A stretch of 64,000 bases of DNA from Octopus sinensis. Its lineage: Eukaryota. Below the pieces are notes generated by a model. It was not told where the DNA came from, did not search any database, and saw only the letters and a program-made list of their open reading frames with translations. The position numbers were made by a program, and so were the translations under genes. Position 1 is the first letter of the stretch, and each line of letters starts with the position of its first letter. Location of the stretch: the NCBI RefSeq assembly GCF_006345805.1, contig NC_042998.1, positions 17,608,001 through 17,672,000 of the forward strand, in the 5' to 3' direction. Positions 14,280-29,395 of the stretch are shown piece after piece.

Positions 14280-15383
14280 GGTAATGCGGCCTTTTATTTA
14301 CATTCAATGTGTACCATTTTCAAATGTATGTGATACGGTTTCGTTAACCAATGAATGATTTGCAAAAACACTTTTCATTAACTATTGAGAATCAGCTAGA
14401 TCAGTTCAGCAATATTTTAGAATTCGCCAGTATTTTATATTCATCCGTGACATAATTCATTGAGTGCTGATAAAAACTCCACCGAAAACAAGAGATCGTA
14501 ACAATTCCGAGTGTTTTATTATTATTTTTTTTTTCATTTACTAGAAATCCTTATAGCCTATTTGAATTATATGACAGGTGTGGTAGGTCATGCATGCTGT
14601 TTTATTTTACAGTTCCTTCTCACATCCCTTGGTATATCCATGGCTTGTGTTTACTCTTGCTTTACACGCTTAAGCACTCTATTGTCGAATAATCGCCTTT
14701 TCTTGATCGAATTGAGCCACTTAAATTTACATTTTTCTTCAAATGTCATGTGTACAACTGTCAAATAATTCAGTCAATTAATATCGCTCATATTTGATAT
14801 GTTTTCAGAAAAGTGACTCGTTAGTTTTAGTGTTAACAACGTGTTCATCTGCGCTTAGTGTTGTCTTCTGAATATTTCATTAATTAATTTTTCATAGCAC
14901 AACGAAGTTCTCGTTTGTGAGAGAAAAAAAATTTGTCCTTTTATACTTTAGTTAATCTTCTGTATTGCATTCCTACGTATTTTTGTATAAGAAACTCAAT
15001 AGGATCTTACATTCTGATTAACGAACCTGATTGCCCCAGATACGTGAGAAAAAAATACTGAATAAATTAAATGATGTTCTTGTACTCCCATGTTCATTTT
15101 CTATTTCTTTCAGATATTTGCTTAATTGGATATTATGTGGTAGTATTGTTGATGCGAGTTAATTTGTTTTATAATTGACATTTTGTATATTTTCTTATTA
15201 TTTCTAATACATTATTCTCGTTGGAGTTGACGATAAATAATCGCCACTGAAAATCTGCTAAATATTTTTCATTTTGTTTATACTAAAACATGGAGTTAGA
15301 GAACAAATTTGTTTTAACGGTGTATTAGTTTGGTTGATTTCATGAGGGTCGCTTGTAGTTCACATCTTTCCAAGCATACGATG

Positions 15384-15458
<75 letters not shown>

Positions 15459-15505
15459 CATACACACACATACATACATACACACAGACACACACACACA
15501 CACAC

Positions 15506-15538
<33 letters not shown>

Positions 15539-15644
15539 CTGTTTTATATTCATAGTGTTTCTAAGCTTTCATTTACTCTATTTGTCGGGTTTTCTCTTTG
15601 GCTAACTTTATTTATAGTTGAATATATGTATAAGCCTGGGGTTT

Positions 15645-15830
15645 TTACTTTGTATATTTTCTTTGTTTGGATTGTTCCATACTCATATTATTAAAGTTAT
15701 CTGCAAAACCGCTATTTTGTTTTGCTAATTTAATTATTGCCTCACGTTTTCGTGTTTCGTCTCTGTATTTTGCCCTCCTATTTATTGTGCTAATATGTGC
15801 TTTATAAAGCGAGGCTGTATAGTAAAACAT
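15645..15830 (-). pseudogene. Possible Penelope GIY-YIG-region remnant
   Basis: LYKAHISTINRRAKYRDET loosely resembles the H.S.FN..KY.N.T segment of PLE endonucleases; weak. Confidence 0.25.
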
Positions 15831-16417
15831 TTTAAGGTATTATTTATAGAGTCATTGGTTCCCTTGATGTAATTCTTTTGATTTCACTTTCAAACTACGA
15901 AAGTAGGAAGCCGGTTTGTGTTGGAGGGACACGGCTACTACATTTCATTCAAATTACTACACAAGTCTAAAAATTCATGAGACAACTGCGATTGTTGTTT
16001 TATTACTGAATGCAGTATTAAATATAGTTTTATCGGTTAGCGTTAGTATGTTTCCTCTTGTTTTTGAGCTTCCTCGTTATGACCGCATTTTGATGTGTAA
16101 ATGTATAATTTTCTGTTCCGTAATGACAGAGTAGATATATAATAAATATTAAGTTATATAGCTTTAAAACATCTACGTTCATATTCTTCTCAGACTTGTG
16201 CTAACTACTAGTATTATTAATATATTATTATTATTGTTATCATTGTTATTGTTTTTGTCGTGGTTTTTGTAGATGCTGCGGCTGTTGTTTTTGTTGTTAT
16301 CGTCGTCGTCGTCGTAATCATCATCAGCATCATCATCATCATCATCACTATTATTAACATCAACATCGTTGTTGTTGCTGTTATTATTATTGATATTAAT
16401 ATTATCATTATTATTAA

Positions 16418-19010
16418 GTATGCATATCTTTATCACGTGCTATCACTGTACCACCGGGCGCAACTCTGTATGCCTTAGGTATGTGCTGTGGTTTGTTGTG
16501 ATGCTCTTATTTTTACTGTACCGAAAGCGTTTTACGTAGGATGAGTGCGGTGCCTAGTAGTGCTATTTTCTGTATGCTGTATATACATGTAAGCCTTGGT
16601 GATTTAGTTATGTATTTGTCTGAATGTTTTCTTATCATACCTAATGCGCCTACTATGATAGGAATTGTTTCTGTTTTTAGATTCCATTTCGAAATCTTTG
16701 TATTTTGTCAGTATCTCCGTTTCTTTTAGAGAAACTAGTCTTCTGTTGGTATTGAAACATCGATTAGAAAGCGCTGTTTTCTTGGTGATCTCTGACAACT
16801 AGATGCGGGCTATTAGCCGTAATTTTTCTATCTCTGTGCATTGGCATATCCCAGAGTATGGTTCTCTTCTCATTTTCTGCAATCTTTTCTGGCGTGTGAT
16901 ACCATATTTTTTCTGTTGTAACTCCATAGTATTTACATAGCTTCCAGGGCATATAGGTCTCAACTCTGCCGTGTTGGGAATATATTCGTTCTTAGCCAGG
17001 ATTGGGCAGCCAGAGGCCGTATGGCTTATTGTTTCTTCTCTATCTCCACATATTCTGCAGTTACTTGTATTTCTTTTCATTACATGTTGTTTGGTAATTT
17101 CTGGTGGGAAGGGTTTGATCTTTCACTCTCTGCTTTGAGTCCTGAACATCTCAGCCATTGTTGGGATTTTGATTTCTATATTTCATTTCTATTTAGTTTA
17201 ACCCAGATCTTGCCATAAAGGGGTTTTTCTTGCCATCGTTTTATCATGACCCTTTGCTGTTGCAGTTTTAGTTTGGATTTCAGTAGTTTTACAGCTAGCC
17301 TTCTTTCTTCTCATTTTTCATAGTTGTCAGATACTAGAACTTCTTTTTTGTATTTGTCAGCTTCCTTAAGACCGAAAACAGTTTTTTGACTTGTTAGTGT
17401 TTTGTGGCGATTTATGAGTTTTCCTTGCTTCTGAAGTAGACATTTCTGTAGTCCAATGGTGGTTATTTTGCATTTTTCTATATCTGGCTTTGATCTAGTT
17501 CTCGTATTTCATTTGCTGTAACTAGTGTGATGTTGTTACTCTTAACTGGTTTTTCTCTTTGCAATGTTGTTTTGGCACATTTTGCTACGCCAAATTTCAT
17601 GCTTATTTCTTTGGTAAATCCATGTACTGATAGTTAAAATGTTTCTAGCAGTTTATCAGTTGTAGCGTACAGTTTTACATCATCCGTATATAACAGGTGG
17701 CTCATTGTTTTGCCTTAACAGTTGTATCCACAACCAGTTCTGTTTTGCATGACAGATAAAGGTGTCATTGACACGCGCAAAAGGAATGGAAAGAACGTGT
17801 CTCCTTGGAACATTCCTCTTCTAATGGGGATGGTTTTGGTTTTTATGAGTCCCTATTTTTATCAGGAGCTGTAGCACTGCCTGCCATTTATTCATGGAAT
17901 GTTTAATATATTTTATGATAATTCGTACTACCTTGTTCATGGCTAGTGTTTCTAATATCCATGTGTGGGGAATACTATCAAAAGCCTTTCGGTAATCGAT
18001 ACAGGCCATACTTAGACCCTTCTTCTTTCTCCAGCTATCTTCAGTTATGGTTTTATTGTTCAGTAACTGATCTTTACAGCCGTATGAGCCCTTGCAGCAT
18101 CCCTTCTGCTGTTCTGGAAACAGCTTATTTTCTTCAAGATCTTTGTTCATTCTCAGCGATATTATTGCAGTAAAGGCTTTGTATATTGTAGGGAGCTGAG
18201 TCATCGGTCTGTAATTTTGTGGGTTTGGGAATTAGGATATTCGCCTCTTCCTTGAGCCATCCAGGCAATGTCTCTGGCTCTGCTAGTATTTCATTAAATT
18301 TCTTATCCAGATTTATATGTTAGATATTTTGACCAAAAGTCGGTGATCTTGTTGAGCCCGGGTGCTTTCCAGTTGCTTAGATTTTGTAGTGCTTAAGTGA
18401 CCTCTTCAGTTGTTATAGGGGTCCAGAGTTGTTTAGTCACTGTGTTCGTTGTTTTGATAAATCTTTGCTAAGGTTGTTCCTTTGCCGACCATATTTCTTT
18501 AGAAAGATTCTCCACTCCTTCTGCGGTTGGTGCTGTATTAATCTGTATTTTATTTTTACCGTGTCCTTGGTAGAATCTTTTGGGGTTAGTGTCAAACGAA
18601 AAGAAACGTTGGCGTTTTCTCATACCAGCAGAGTCATTGTGCTTCGGTGAAGATATCTTGCTTTAGCTGTTCTTTTACCTCAGGTATAACTTGTTCTGTA
18701 ATTTTGTTTTTACGTAGTATTTGTCTTCTCTTCTTGTTGCTTAGTCGTGTTGACACACTACTAGTTTCTCTACAGATTGCCAGATCTTTTCTCTATTTTT
18801 TTTTGCTGAATATCATTTATCCACAGGGTTTGTTTGGGTGGTGTGTAGGATTGAAATATATTCCTCACGTGTCCATGTTTATGATTTTATTTCGGGACAT
18901 GAGGAATTGTGTCCTGCCCTTTATTTTGATGGTCATCATTTTCGAAGGGTACCAGTCCGTTCATTTCTGGTGTTAAATGGTTTTGCACGTGCAGTTTTTC
19001 GTACTTTTAT
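16418..19010 (-). mobile_element. R4/Dong-type RLE non-LTR retrotransposon, 5'-truncated, decayed
   Basis: RT motifs EQQKGCCKGSYGCKDQLL and IDYRKAFDSIPH (17821-18204); CRICGDREETISHTASGC knuckle; WYHTPEK..ILWD..ANSPH RLE region; C-terminal ALLGTALILRK; 3' end runs into (AAT)n/(GAT)n. Confidence 0.9.
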
Positions 19011-19049
19011 GTGTAAAGAGTTTAATGTACGTACTACCTATTTATTATC

Positions 19050-19155
19050 AATAGGTTGAATAAAACGAGTATTATCAATTAGCTGTACGTAACAGTGTTT
19101 CTTCTGGATCACCTCGAACCTGACAGCAGCTCCAATATTCTTAATGCTTTTCAAA
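19050..19155 (-). mobile_element. Short 3'-end fragment of another Dong-like copy
   Basis: Translates AAVRFEVIQK.. resembling the R4/Dong C-terminus; lies between (AAT)n and the longer copy. Confidence 0.45.
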
Positions 19156-19161
19156 GCCATA

Positions 19162-19200
<39 letters not shown>

Positions 19201-19257
19201 ATTATTGTTATCATTCTTTTTCTTCTTCTTCTTCTTCTTCTTCTTCTTCTTCTTCTT

Positions 19258-19342
<85 letters not shown>

Positions 19343-19355
19343 TATTATTATTATT

Positions 19356-20010
19356 TGCATATTCACATAACAGATTAGACTGTTGGAAAAGAAAATATCT
19401 TACAAGTAACCTTAGATGCCAAGAAGCCTCCTAAGTATCCTAGCTGTCTCTAATAACACTTTTCTGTCTAAACTGGATTTTTTTGTCTATTTCATCTATG
19501 CATGTGTTCAGGTCTTTAGAGATAATTCCCAACGCACTTATAACTACTGGTTTACATTTTATCCGCACCCCACAAAGCCTCTGTAATTCAATGACTATTT
19601 TTCTGTAATTGTCTTATTGATTTTTTCATCATTTATATATGTAAAGTCAATTATTTAGCACTTTCTATTTTCTTTATCTACTACTACTACTACTACTACT
19701 ACTAAATCAAGCCTTCTAGCTATCATTACTCTCAGTTTGAATGTTAAAGTCTCACAAAATTCCTATCTATCTTACTTTCTAGTACTTTACTAGGTTCATA
19801 TTCGTACAATTTATTAGCTTCATACATAAATCCCTGTGGATTACTCTCCCTAGGTTGTCATGTCTTTTCTTGTATTTTTTCTGTTCTAGCTTACTACATT
19901 CACTTACTATATTAGTAACGCTTTCAACCTTTGATTTGCATAACCTACATAGGGAATCTACTTGGTTTTTGTCTATCTTGGCTTTTATCCAATTAATCCT
20001 TAATGCTTGC
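19356..20010 (-). mobile_element. Second R4/Dong subfamily 3' fragment with (AAT)n tail
   Basis: CRLCKSKVESVTNIVSEC..KKRHDNLGRVIH (ORF 19779-20084), ILWDFNIQT-like remnant, KSVLLETARILRRLL C-terminus, then (AAT)n(AAG)n(AAT)n at 19161-19355. Confidence 0.85.
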
Positions 20011-20194
20011 ACAGACCATCCCCACCAACACAACACACACAAACATACACTCGCACACACACAGACGCACACACACAGACGCACACATATAAACGCACCA
20101 CCCTACTAAACATAAAACACACACATACACATACGTATACACACACCACACTGAACTCTAAGACCAATCAATGAAACCCTACACGCAAACACAA

Positions 20195-20242
<48 letters not shown>

Positions 20243-20559
20243 TATATATATATACGTAGAAACGTGCACAGACACACACATACATATTCATACCATCTTT
20301 AACTCTAAGACCAGTCCAAAACTCACTGAACCATGACAGAATAGCCCAGAAACAAAAAAATAATTTTCATTTCACAATGCTCTCCCCCACCAACCAACCT
20401 CCCACACTATTTCTAAAAATAGCAACCATCCTTTAAATACACATACACTAGAGATTAAGGAAGAAAAGTTTGGTCATTCTCCTAAAATTCTGTATAAATA
20501 CTTAAATATGATTCTTTCTGTATATATATGCATTTTTATGAACTTAAAATAATTAGGCT

Positions 20560-20900
20560 TCTCAAAACCTGAAAGAAGAAAACTAATTCGAAAACTACAT
20601 AAGCCGTCCATCACTGGAAATGTAAAAATCTGCAAAACTTTCCAGGAGTTTATCATTGAAATATATATGACCAGGACTAGATATGCAATTATATGCATGG
20701 GAATACATACATAAAACAAAACATACAAATATGCACATATACATACATATAAAGATACCCTATTGTTGATGGTGAAATTCCAATGGAGGATCCTTGGATC
20801 TAGGTTAGAAAACGGCTGTTTCTCTATTGGCAAGAAATCTTGAAATATACCTGAACAATGACATATATACATGCATGAGTACCTGCACACATACATATTA
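20560..20900 (+). mobile_element. 3' fragment of the same TACA-associated RLE family
   Basis: Encodes LGFSKPERRKLIRKLHKPSITGNVKICKTFQEFII, matching 52050-52170 in reverse; same 3'UTR cassette. Confidence 0.85.
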
Positions 20901-22199
20901 ATAAACGAATGAAAATAAAAATGGGGAGTTGTATATGCATTCCTATTAGCATTCATTTGTTTCTGCTGCAAGGAACTTAATAATGAATGTGAGGGGGTTA
21001 TTCTGCAGCTAACATACAAACATTATTGTATGGGCACTTATACACACCAATTATGATATGTACGAGAAAGAGATCTAGGAAGACGGATGCAATACATTTT
21101 TCTGATAACTTTTTTTGTCTTCAAATTACTTTTGGGTCGATTTAGTAGTCCAGCAATCCACAATTTATATAGTGAATCTCTTTCTACATACCAGTTCGAT
21201 AAATTATGTTGTTTACGTTATATTATGTTCCTATATATTATATAATACCGTCAACAATACTTCTAACTTTCATGCACTTATGAAAATCATTATATATTAT
21301 ATTTATTAACTAGACGCCATTATTGATTCTTGGTTACTACTTGCTTAAATGTTGAAGTGATATGTCAGAGAGAAAAACGTCTATGCCACAGAGAAATATA
21401 TTATATAGTATTCTAAGTCTCGACAAAGTATTAAATTTAAATAAACAATGAATATTAAGATTAAAATCATTGAAGAAAGTTAATAATTTGAAAGAAAGAA
21501 AAATAGTGCAATGCATTAATATTATATTGTTTGCGATCTTTTATATCAGAATATATATGTTCCAAATTTCAACGACACAAAGGAATAAATCTTTGATAAT
21601 CATACAGAAGAATATATTCTATCCAGAGAGAATACGATACTACACTAGACACCCAGATACTCGTTAATGAATTCTCTATACCTCCCATGTATTTCAAAAG
21701 TGTAATCCACTGATGTTATGACTTCGTCATCTATATAAAGTGCATAATATATTAATTAAGTGTATGAAGTTTATATACACGTAGAAATATCAATATATGG
21801 TAGTAAGTATAAAAATCTTAATTTATTATTTTTTCACATCTTACACTGTGGCCGGCTAGAATTATTAGACATCATGTGCATAATGATACAGTGTTAACTT
21901 CTAAATTTCTCCATACTGGTACAATTATTTGTTTTCTCATTATCTGTGCGCGTTTTTGCGAGTATGCACGTTCGTTTCGTTATCCCTTAGTTCATGAAAG
22001 AGATGTTCTTAGTTGCCTTCCTGTAAAATATTGTGGTTAAAATGTTTGGAGAAGCAATAGGTATGATTGAACGAAAAGTTTAGCTTTAACATACGTAGCT
22101 GTCTTCTCTGCACCTAGGAATGAAAACCCAGGTTCAAAATTTCCCCAAGACACTTGATGAAGGGTGGAGGGTATTACAGCATTTGTGTTAACAACAAAC

Positions 22200-22395
22200 A
22201 AGATGAGGACAAATATTCGTCAAATGTAAATAATGTAAATAATGTACAAAATAAACAGATGTATTAGTATAACGCTCAGAAATAGAAAAAGTCTTTTACG
22301 TTTCGAGCCTACGCTTTTCTACAGAAAAGGACACAGAAAAAAGGAGAAAAACAAGGAGAGGAAAAAATGTGTGTGTAATGGCTAACGATTTATCA
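22200..22395 (-). mobile_element. Penelope-like short repeat with degenerate hammerhead (CUGUAGA core)
   Basis: Related to 31575-31760 and 4540-4720; AGC-GUAG-GCU stem II, GAAACGUA. Confidence 0.55.
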
Positions 22396-22405
22396 TATAT
22401 ATATA

Positions 22406-22469
22406 TGGCGTAGTGGTTAAGAGCGCGAGCTACTAACCCCAAGATTCCGAGTTCGATTCCAGGCAGTGA

Positions 22470-22556
<87 letters not shown>

Positions 22557-22577
22557 TAATAATAATAATAATAATAT
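22406..22577 (+). mobile_element. Very short tRNA-derived retroposon with (AAT)n tail
   Basis: Box A TGGCGTAGTGG (22406), box B GTTCGATTC (22451), ~68 nt body, then ~100 nt (AAT)n; acceptor and anticodon stems do not pair like a functional tRNA. Confidence 0.75.
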
Positions 22578-22819
22578 ATTTATACGCTTAAGCAGACATA
22601 TACATAAATAACCATCCTAGATTATTGTAATTTTAGGATAATATAACTATGTATCAAATAATATCTAATAAGCTGACATGTCAAATTTTGTTATTCCGGA
22701 TTGAAGGAAGCTTTTACAGTATTCGAACACTTTCTACTAAACACTGCTAGTCACAGCTGACTACTTTACAGAATTAAGCCGAGAAGTGAAGTCTTCTGGA
22801 AAGTTCGCTATGCCGTAAA

Positions 22820-23090
22820 TTAATGCAATAAAATTTTGTGGTAAACTGGGAAAAAGCGGTACAGAAATTTTTGAAATGCTCCCGACTGCTAATGGATTAA
22901 CTTGCATGAACGGAACATCGGTTTTTCAGTGGGGCAAAAGGTTTAGAGAGTGTTAATGGGAGATAAGAGATAGTTATACGTGTGGGAGGTAGAGAAGCAT
23001 CAGTATATCAGAGCTGGTTGAGGAAATTCGCAAATTTCCAGATGACGACCATCGTACTCCTATATGGACAGTTAGCACACAGATCGGAAC
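22820..23090 (+). pseudogene. Mariner transposase N-terminal HTH fragment
   Basis: NAIKFCGKLGKSGTEIFEML..SVFQWGKRFRE..CGR..ELVEEIRKFPDDDHR resembles mariner HTH regions. Confidence 0.8.
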
Positions 23091-25047
23091 ATGCAAATAA
23101 ATTGGGCAAAGTTTATTTCCAGTGTGCTTCGACAAACAGAAGGAAGAACTCGATAGTGACAATAGGGAGTGGTTGGGATACCCGTGATTTCGCATATTCC
23201 CTAATCTTAGTGAGAATCACACAGGGCAGTGGTTTTGAAGAAGATGAGGGAGACTTTGGGATGTGCACTGACACCAGAAAATCCTACTTTAAATGAGATT
23301 TAATTTGTACTTCGACATTCATTGATGTCTTTCCTGAAATAATCTCAAAACATCTGGAATACACCTCGTTGATAGGTATACTCTCAGCGCTATCATCAGG
23401 CAGGAGATAACTTCACAGCAGCTGCTTTACTTTTTACATAGGGTATTTGGTTTTCTTGCCGTTTCTTATCGCTTTAGGCAGTACCCTTGGAATCAACCAA
23501 TAAACAAGTTATAAGTGACGAACTGCAAGTAAGTTATTATCATATGTCATGGCTGTGTCTAAGCAGATTTACATAATAATGGCTGTTCTTGTGAATCTAG
23601 TGTTGATCTATAGTTTTCTTTTATTACTGAATTGTTGAATGCTTCTCTCGAATGTACATATATGCAAGTCCGCTTTCATACAAAAGAAAGATAAAGCTGT
23701 TGATTTAGAATGCAATATGCTATATGAGAATCTGCAGGAAGGTATTTCTATAGATGGACCCTTTGTCATACAAAATTGTGAAATGTCTTTAATCGAATAA
23801 ATTGCGAACTTTGCATTGTAGTTTCCCTAAGTAAACGAAACGTTGAATGACATGGCCATTTCTTACGCATCTTAAATGTTATAGCAAAATATGTCTACCC
23901 AGTCATTTTGCGCTGTATAGATAGCGAAATATTAACCAAACTTGAATTACTATTGTCATAGCGAAGCCTATCTAGTTATAACAGGAAATATGTGTACGTT
24001 TATCTGCAACAACGGATTTAGTTTACCAGATGCCAAAAGCAATATTTAACATTTATTCTTTGGTTTCATTCCAACGTTACTTCATAGACACATTCAGGAA
24101 TGTTTCTTCTGTCATAATATAATTTAATATAATATATTAAACATGTTAGCAAAGATTCGCACTAATAAATCCGGAAGACAGACATATGAAGTGTCAAAAG
24201 TTTTAGATTCTTTTCATATCCATGTATTTTTTTTTTTCTAGTGCAATAATTTCAAAAACCTGAAGATATTCTAGCCTTAAGGTTTGCGAATATTGCGAAT
24301 AAAGTTTTAATAAATGAATTGTTGAAAATATTTCGTTTGTGTAATACCTTTGTTTTATTAACACACGAGGCGGAAATGACTCAGAAAGAAATATTAGATA
24401 TTAATATCCTTTTTAAAATTTGGTATTTTATTCTTGATGAAAATATATGCAACTGAATATGAATTTTAAATCATCTTAAATAGTAAACAGGGGAAAAAAA
24501 CTGGTGAAAAATTATGCGAAATTTTTGTTAGATATCGAAAATTTAGTTCTACTACAACTAGGTGAAGTATATCTAGATTACATACATATATACATACAAA
24601 AATATCACAAAAAAACTCTTACTCAGAGTTTCACGTTCCCGTTCGTTGGACAGTTCCGTTTAGAATGGAACAATAATCAAGTTATAAGCAAACATATACA
24701 AGTAGTTTAATAGATACACGTTTGAAAATGGTTTTGTTTCATTGGTCCTTTCAACTAACAGTCTTTACAATGACCGGTTTCTTGCAATGAACAAATTACG
24801 GTGTAAAATCATCTCATAAAATCGAAGGAAAGCTTATAAAAAAAGAACAGAGCCTGAATATTCAGGGTAAGTAATTATCTGTAAAATATTAATCAATTAA
24901 TACATTTAGCAGTATATGATCATGGTATGTTCATATACTGCTAAACGTATTTGTAATCCAACGTGAAAATTTTTTAAATGGTTATAATTTTAATTTATTG
25001 ATTGATTAATATTTTACAGATAATTATTTACCCTGGATATTCAAGAT

Positions 25048-25525
<478 letters not shown>

Positions 25526-28500
25526 CTGTACTTCATTATAAGCTATTTTTCATTTAAGGTTTTCTTCGATTTTATAATAAGATGATTTTATACCGAAATT
25601 TGTTCATTGCATGCAACCGATCATTGTAAAGGCAGTTAGCTGAAAGGACCAATGAAATAAAACCATTTTCAATTATGTATCTATTAAATTACTTGTATAT
25701 ATTTGCTTATGACCTGATTTTGTTCCATTCTAAACAAAACTGTCGGACGAACGGGTACATGTAACTCTGAGTAACAGTTTCTGTAATATTTTTGCGGCTT
25801 TTTAAAAAAGCATATTACTCTACCGCTGGTATTCAAGTACTATTTTTTCCACCTTGTTTCGCATTTATGTGCTTACTTTTGTATATATATAAGTCTGTGT
25901 GTGTGTGTAAACCTATATATACATATACACACATATATATGTATATATATATATATACACACACACATATAAATATATATTTATATATACACGTATATAT
26001 GTATGTGTGCGTTTGTGTGTGGGTGTGTGTGTATCTGTATGTACGTGGTTGTTTCATTTGCCATATATTAGTATTCTTTATGGTAGCATTTTAAACAAGC
26101 ACAGCGTTTTCGAACCCATATAATCTGAGATTAAAGTAAGAGTAAAGTTTTATTATACATAGATTCATTTATTATACATAGATTCATTAATATTTATCAT
26201 TAGTGCATAATATGTTATTTTGCGAGAAATAGAGAGGAACATAAACTCCTTAAAATTCGCATATATGCTTAAATTGTTAAATTGTTTCATAACACCATTT
26301 GAAGTTGCGAAATCACCTATTGTGTACGCAGCACACCAAACTATGTGTCATAATTATGACCTAATGTAATTTATATATGTCAAGCAAAGTGCGCTGAGAC
26401 AGCATAGGGTGTCATGGTTATGGACAATTAGGGTTAATAAATTTGTGTTATAAGATGAAGTATTGATTTATAGAAATTAACAATTCTTTAACAGAAAAAT
26501 AAACAAGCACCATGCAGTAATTGAAAGTGATAGCTAATGTGAGGTACAGATCATTCCAAGTCTGAAGAATGTTCAGAAAAAAACATGCCATTAAAGAATA
26601 AAAGAGTTTTCTGGAGACATTAAGAGTGTTGTGGAATTATCCGGGTGACACCTGATGAATCAAATTCATGTGCCGAGTGCGTCATTGAGTCTGCGGACAA
26701 TCAGATATTTCTCTGATGTGAATTTCATAGGAATTTCAGCGACATCTTGATTATTGAACTCATTTCTTTTTCTCCATTGAGTTTCGGCCCGATTGCCATA
26801 ATGCGAGTGATTATTCTTCTCTCATTTGCAATTGGATGAAAAATGACATTTCAGGTTCCTTCAGACAGTTACGACCCAATGTTAAGCAGCTCAAGAATAA
26901 CGATGACAGTTCAATGGTAACAAAAACATGCAACTACAGTCCTCTAAATGGTGCGATGAAATTTCTTTATGGTTACTGTAAATTATCCATATAAACACGC
27001 ACGTTGATGTACACACACATACATACACACGCACACACATTCGCACACACACTCATATCCAAACAAACAAATACAAACGAAATCGAAGACAAACTTCTGC
27101 AAGAGTGACAAGAACAACAATCTTCCCATTATGTCGGATATTTCTTCTGATTGTCTTGTCTTCCTTCGGAAAGTCTAATTTGATGTCTACCACGTAAAAC
27201 CTTCAGTTCAGTAGCAATGCAATATAAATTTTGTTTCTCGATTGTAGTCTTTTCATGAGAATATGCGGTGATTTTACCTGATTGAGCTTGCTGAAAGATA
27301 TTTCTACTGTTTTGGGGAAGAAAAAGCCGATTTTGATTAGGCATGTGGAATTTAAAATACGCTACGGTGGACTTCATTTCTTTGTCTTATTTTTCTTCTG
27401 AATGGCGATCTCGAAAAATTTGAATGAGATTCAGATGATGTAAGATACTTGCAGTTTCGGATTTGCAGATTTACATTTTCTATGTGTAACGGTTACGTCT
27501 TTGAATATGTAGTTATATAAATACTTGAAGGCTTTGCTTGATGCGCATCATTGAACATTATGTTTTGAATAAGAAAGCTTTGAAGACAACTAAATGTCAA
27601 TTATTCACATCCATGGCTCTGTTTACAACTTGTGCATTAGTGGTGGATAACAGATGTCACCATTTAACGGCTGTCAACAGAATTCATGAGAGCAATTCTT
27701 GCTGGAACATGTATATAACATGCACGGCAACGTGCATTCCGTTCTCGTCAAGCTTTATTGTTTTGAGAAATAATCATTGCTTCAGTAATCAACCGTATAA
27801 CTCTTTTATCTCTTGGGGGATTCGATTAAATACAAATGTTTCACCTGTGTGTATGCTTTTTTTTCAATCTAGCGTTCTCCTATGTTGAGTGGTGCATAAA
27901 GGTGCGAATGCACCTTATTGTAAATATACAGGGCGTCGAAAGCTAGTTTTGACCATAGCAATCAAATGTCACAGTTGGTATAAACTACAAATTTTATTAT
28001 TATAGTCAAATCATATTCATTTCTTTTTGCTGATGAATTGAATCTCTTGTTTCTTAATGGAATTATAATGTGCAAAAGTGGAATTATTTTAGTATTAGTT
28101 ATAGGCCTGAGTTGCCTTCTAAATTCTGTAAAAATTTATTGTTCTTTCGGCGAATCCATTGTAACTAATAGACCTCAATCCTATGTTGTTGTTTTTTATA
28201 TCACTTTTGTGTTTAGTTTCAATTTTGTCTTCTGTTCTAGCGAGATGAAATGTAGAATGAGGCACAGTTATAGCCATCACTGTTTTAGTTTACTTTACCT
28301 TAACTTGCGAAAAGCAAAAAGAAGGTACATTGGTTATGCAAGTTAATGACTTGGCATTGCCGCTGATTTAGTGTATGACTGTAAGAATATTTAATATTAT
28401 TACGATTCTTTCTGCGAGTGGAACTTAAGTGAAAAAAATTCTTATATTTAGGTAGTTTATTTCTTCTAAAATGATATATACTCTACTGTGTATTTTATTA

Positions 28501-29329
28501 TACGATTATCAGTTTGTGTGGTTAATTTTATATGTAAATATATGTATAATTTTGCTTTTGTATCTGAGATTCGGTGGCTTTTGTGAATTTTCCCTTCGCC
28601 GTTATGTATTGCGAGAAATACATATTCGCTGTTGGAAAGTAAAATACAAATCTAAATGTAATATCGTATATCTCTAACGCACTGAAATTCAACACTTGTG
28701 TATGAAAATTTCAGGCTGTAGCTCCTGTGCCGAAATATCAAGCAGTATAACAAGAGGTTGAAGAAGACCCAAACAGTTCCAGATCAAGATGTACTCGAAT
28801 TTATAGGAGTGAATTCAGGAAAGTTATTCTTTCAAACGAATTACAAGTGTCTGATATGCAGCTACAAACACATATACGTAAAGAGGAAGGTAAAAAAAAT
28901 ATGCTCACATATTAAACGTTGCAATTCAGATTCTCTATCATTGAAATATAAATGTAATCTGAATTGCAGAGATTTAGTGAATCAACATATTTTGGTTTGT
29001 GTTCCATTTTACATGCACATACACCCCCGCAAAAACACACGTGCACATATATGTATGCATGTGTATATATATATGTGTGTGTATCTATGTATCTGTGTAT
29101 GTGGGCATGTATGTATGTATATATAAGTATATGTGTAGTCCTGTATATACCTATATGTGCGTATATATATATGTCTGTGTGTGTGTGTGCATGTGTGTGC
29201 ACATATCCAATGAAGAGAAGACAGAACGAATTCTTTATCAGATTTTTAACTATAAGTTATAAATATTTCCTTACCATTTCAATTTGCAACGCCAGGTTTC
29301 GTGAAAATTCTAAAAGAGAAATCACATAA

Positions 29330-29395
29330 TGGCGGTGCCCCAGCATGGCCACAGCTCGTGAGCTGAAACTAGATAAAATAAAAAAATAAAAAATA
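29330..29395 (+). mobile_element. 3' tail fragment related to SINE family A
   Basis: GGCGGTGCCCCAGCATGGCC..(TAAAA)n tail. Confidence 0.6.

Noticed and set aside
22406-22473. Functional tRNA gene
   Set aside because: Acceptor and anticodon stems do not pair, and it ends in an (AAT)n tail with no T-run terminator; treated as a retroposon.
24762-24866. Candidate exon with AG acceptor and G/GTAAGT donor
   Set aside because: Stops in all three frames, weak polypyrimidine tract and no partner exons; cannot be supported without RNA data.
27129-27888. ORFs 27129-27377 and 27538-27888 as host exons
   Set aside because: No recognisable motifs, codon bias or consistent splice signals.
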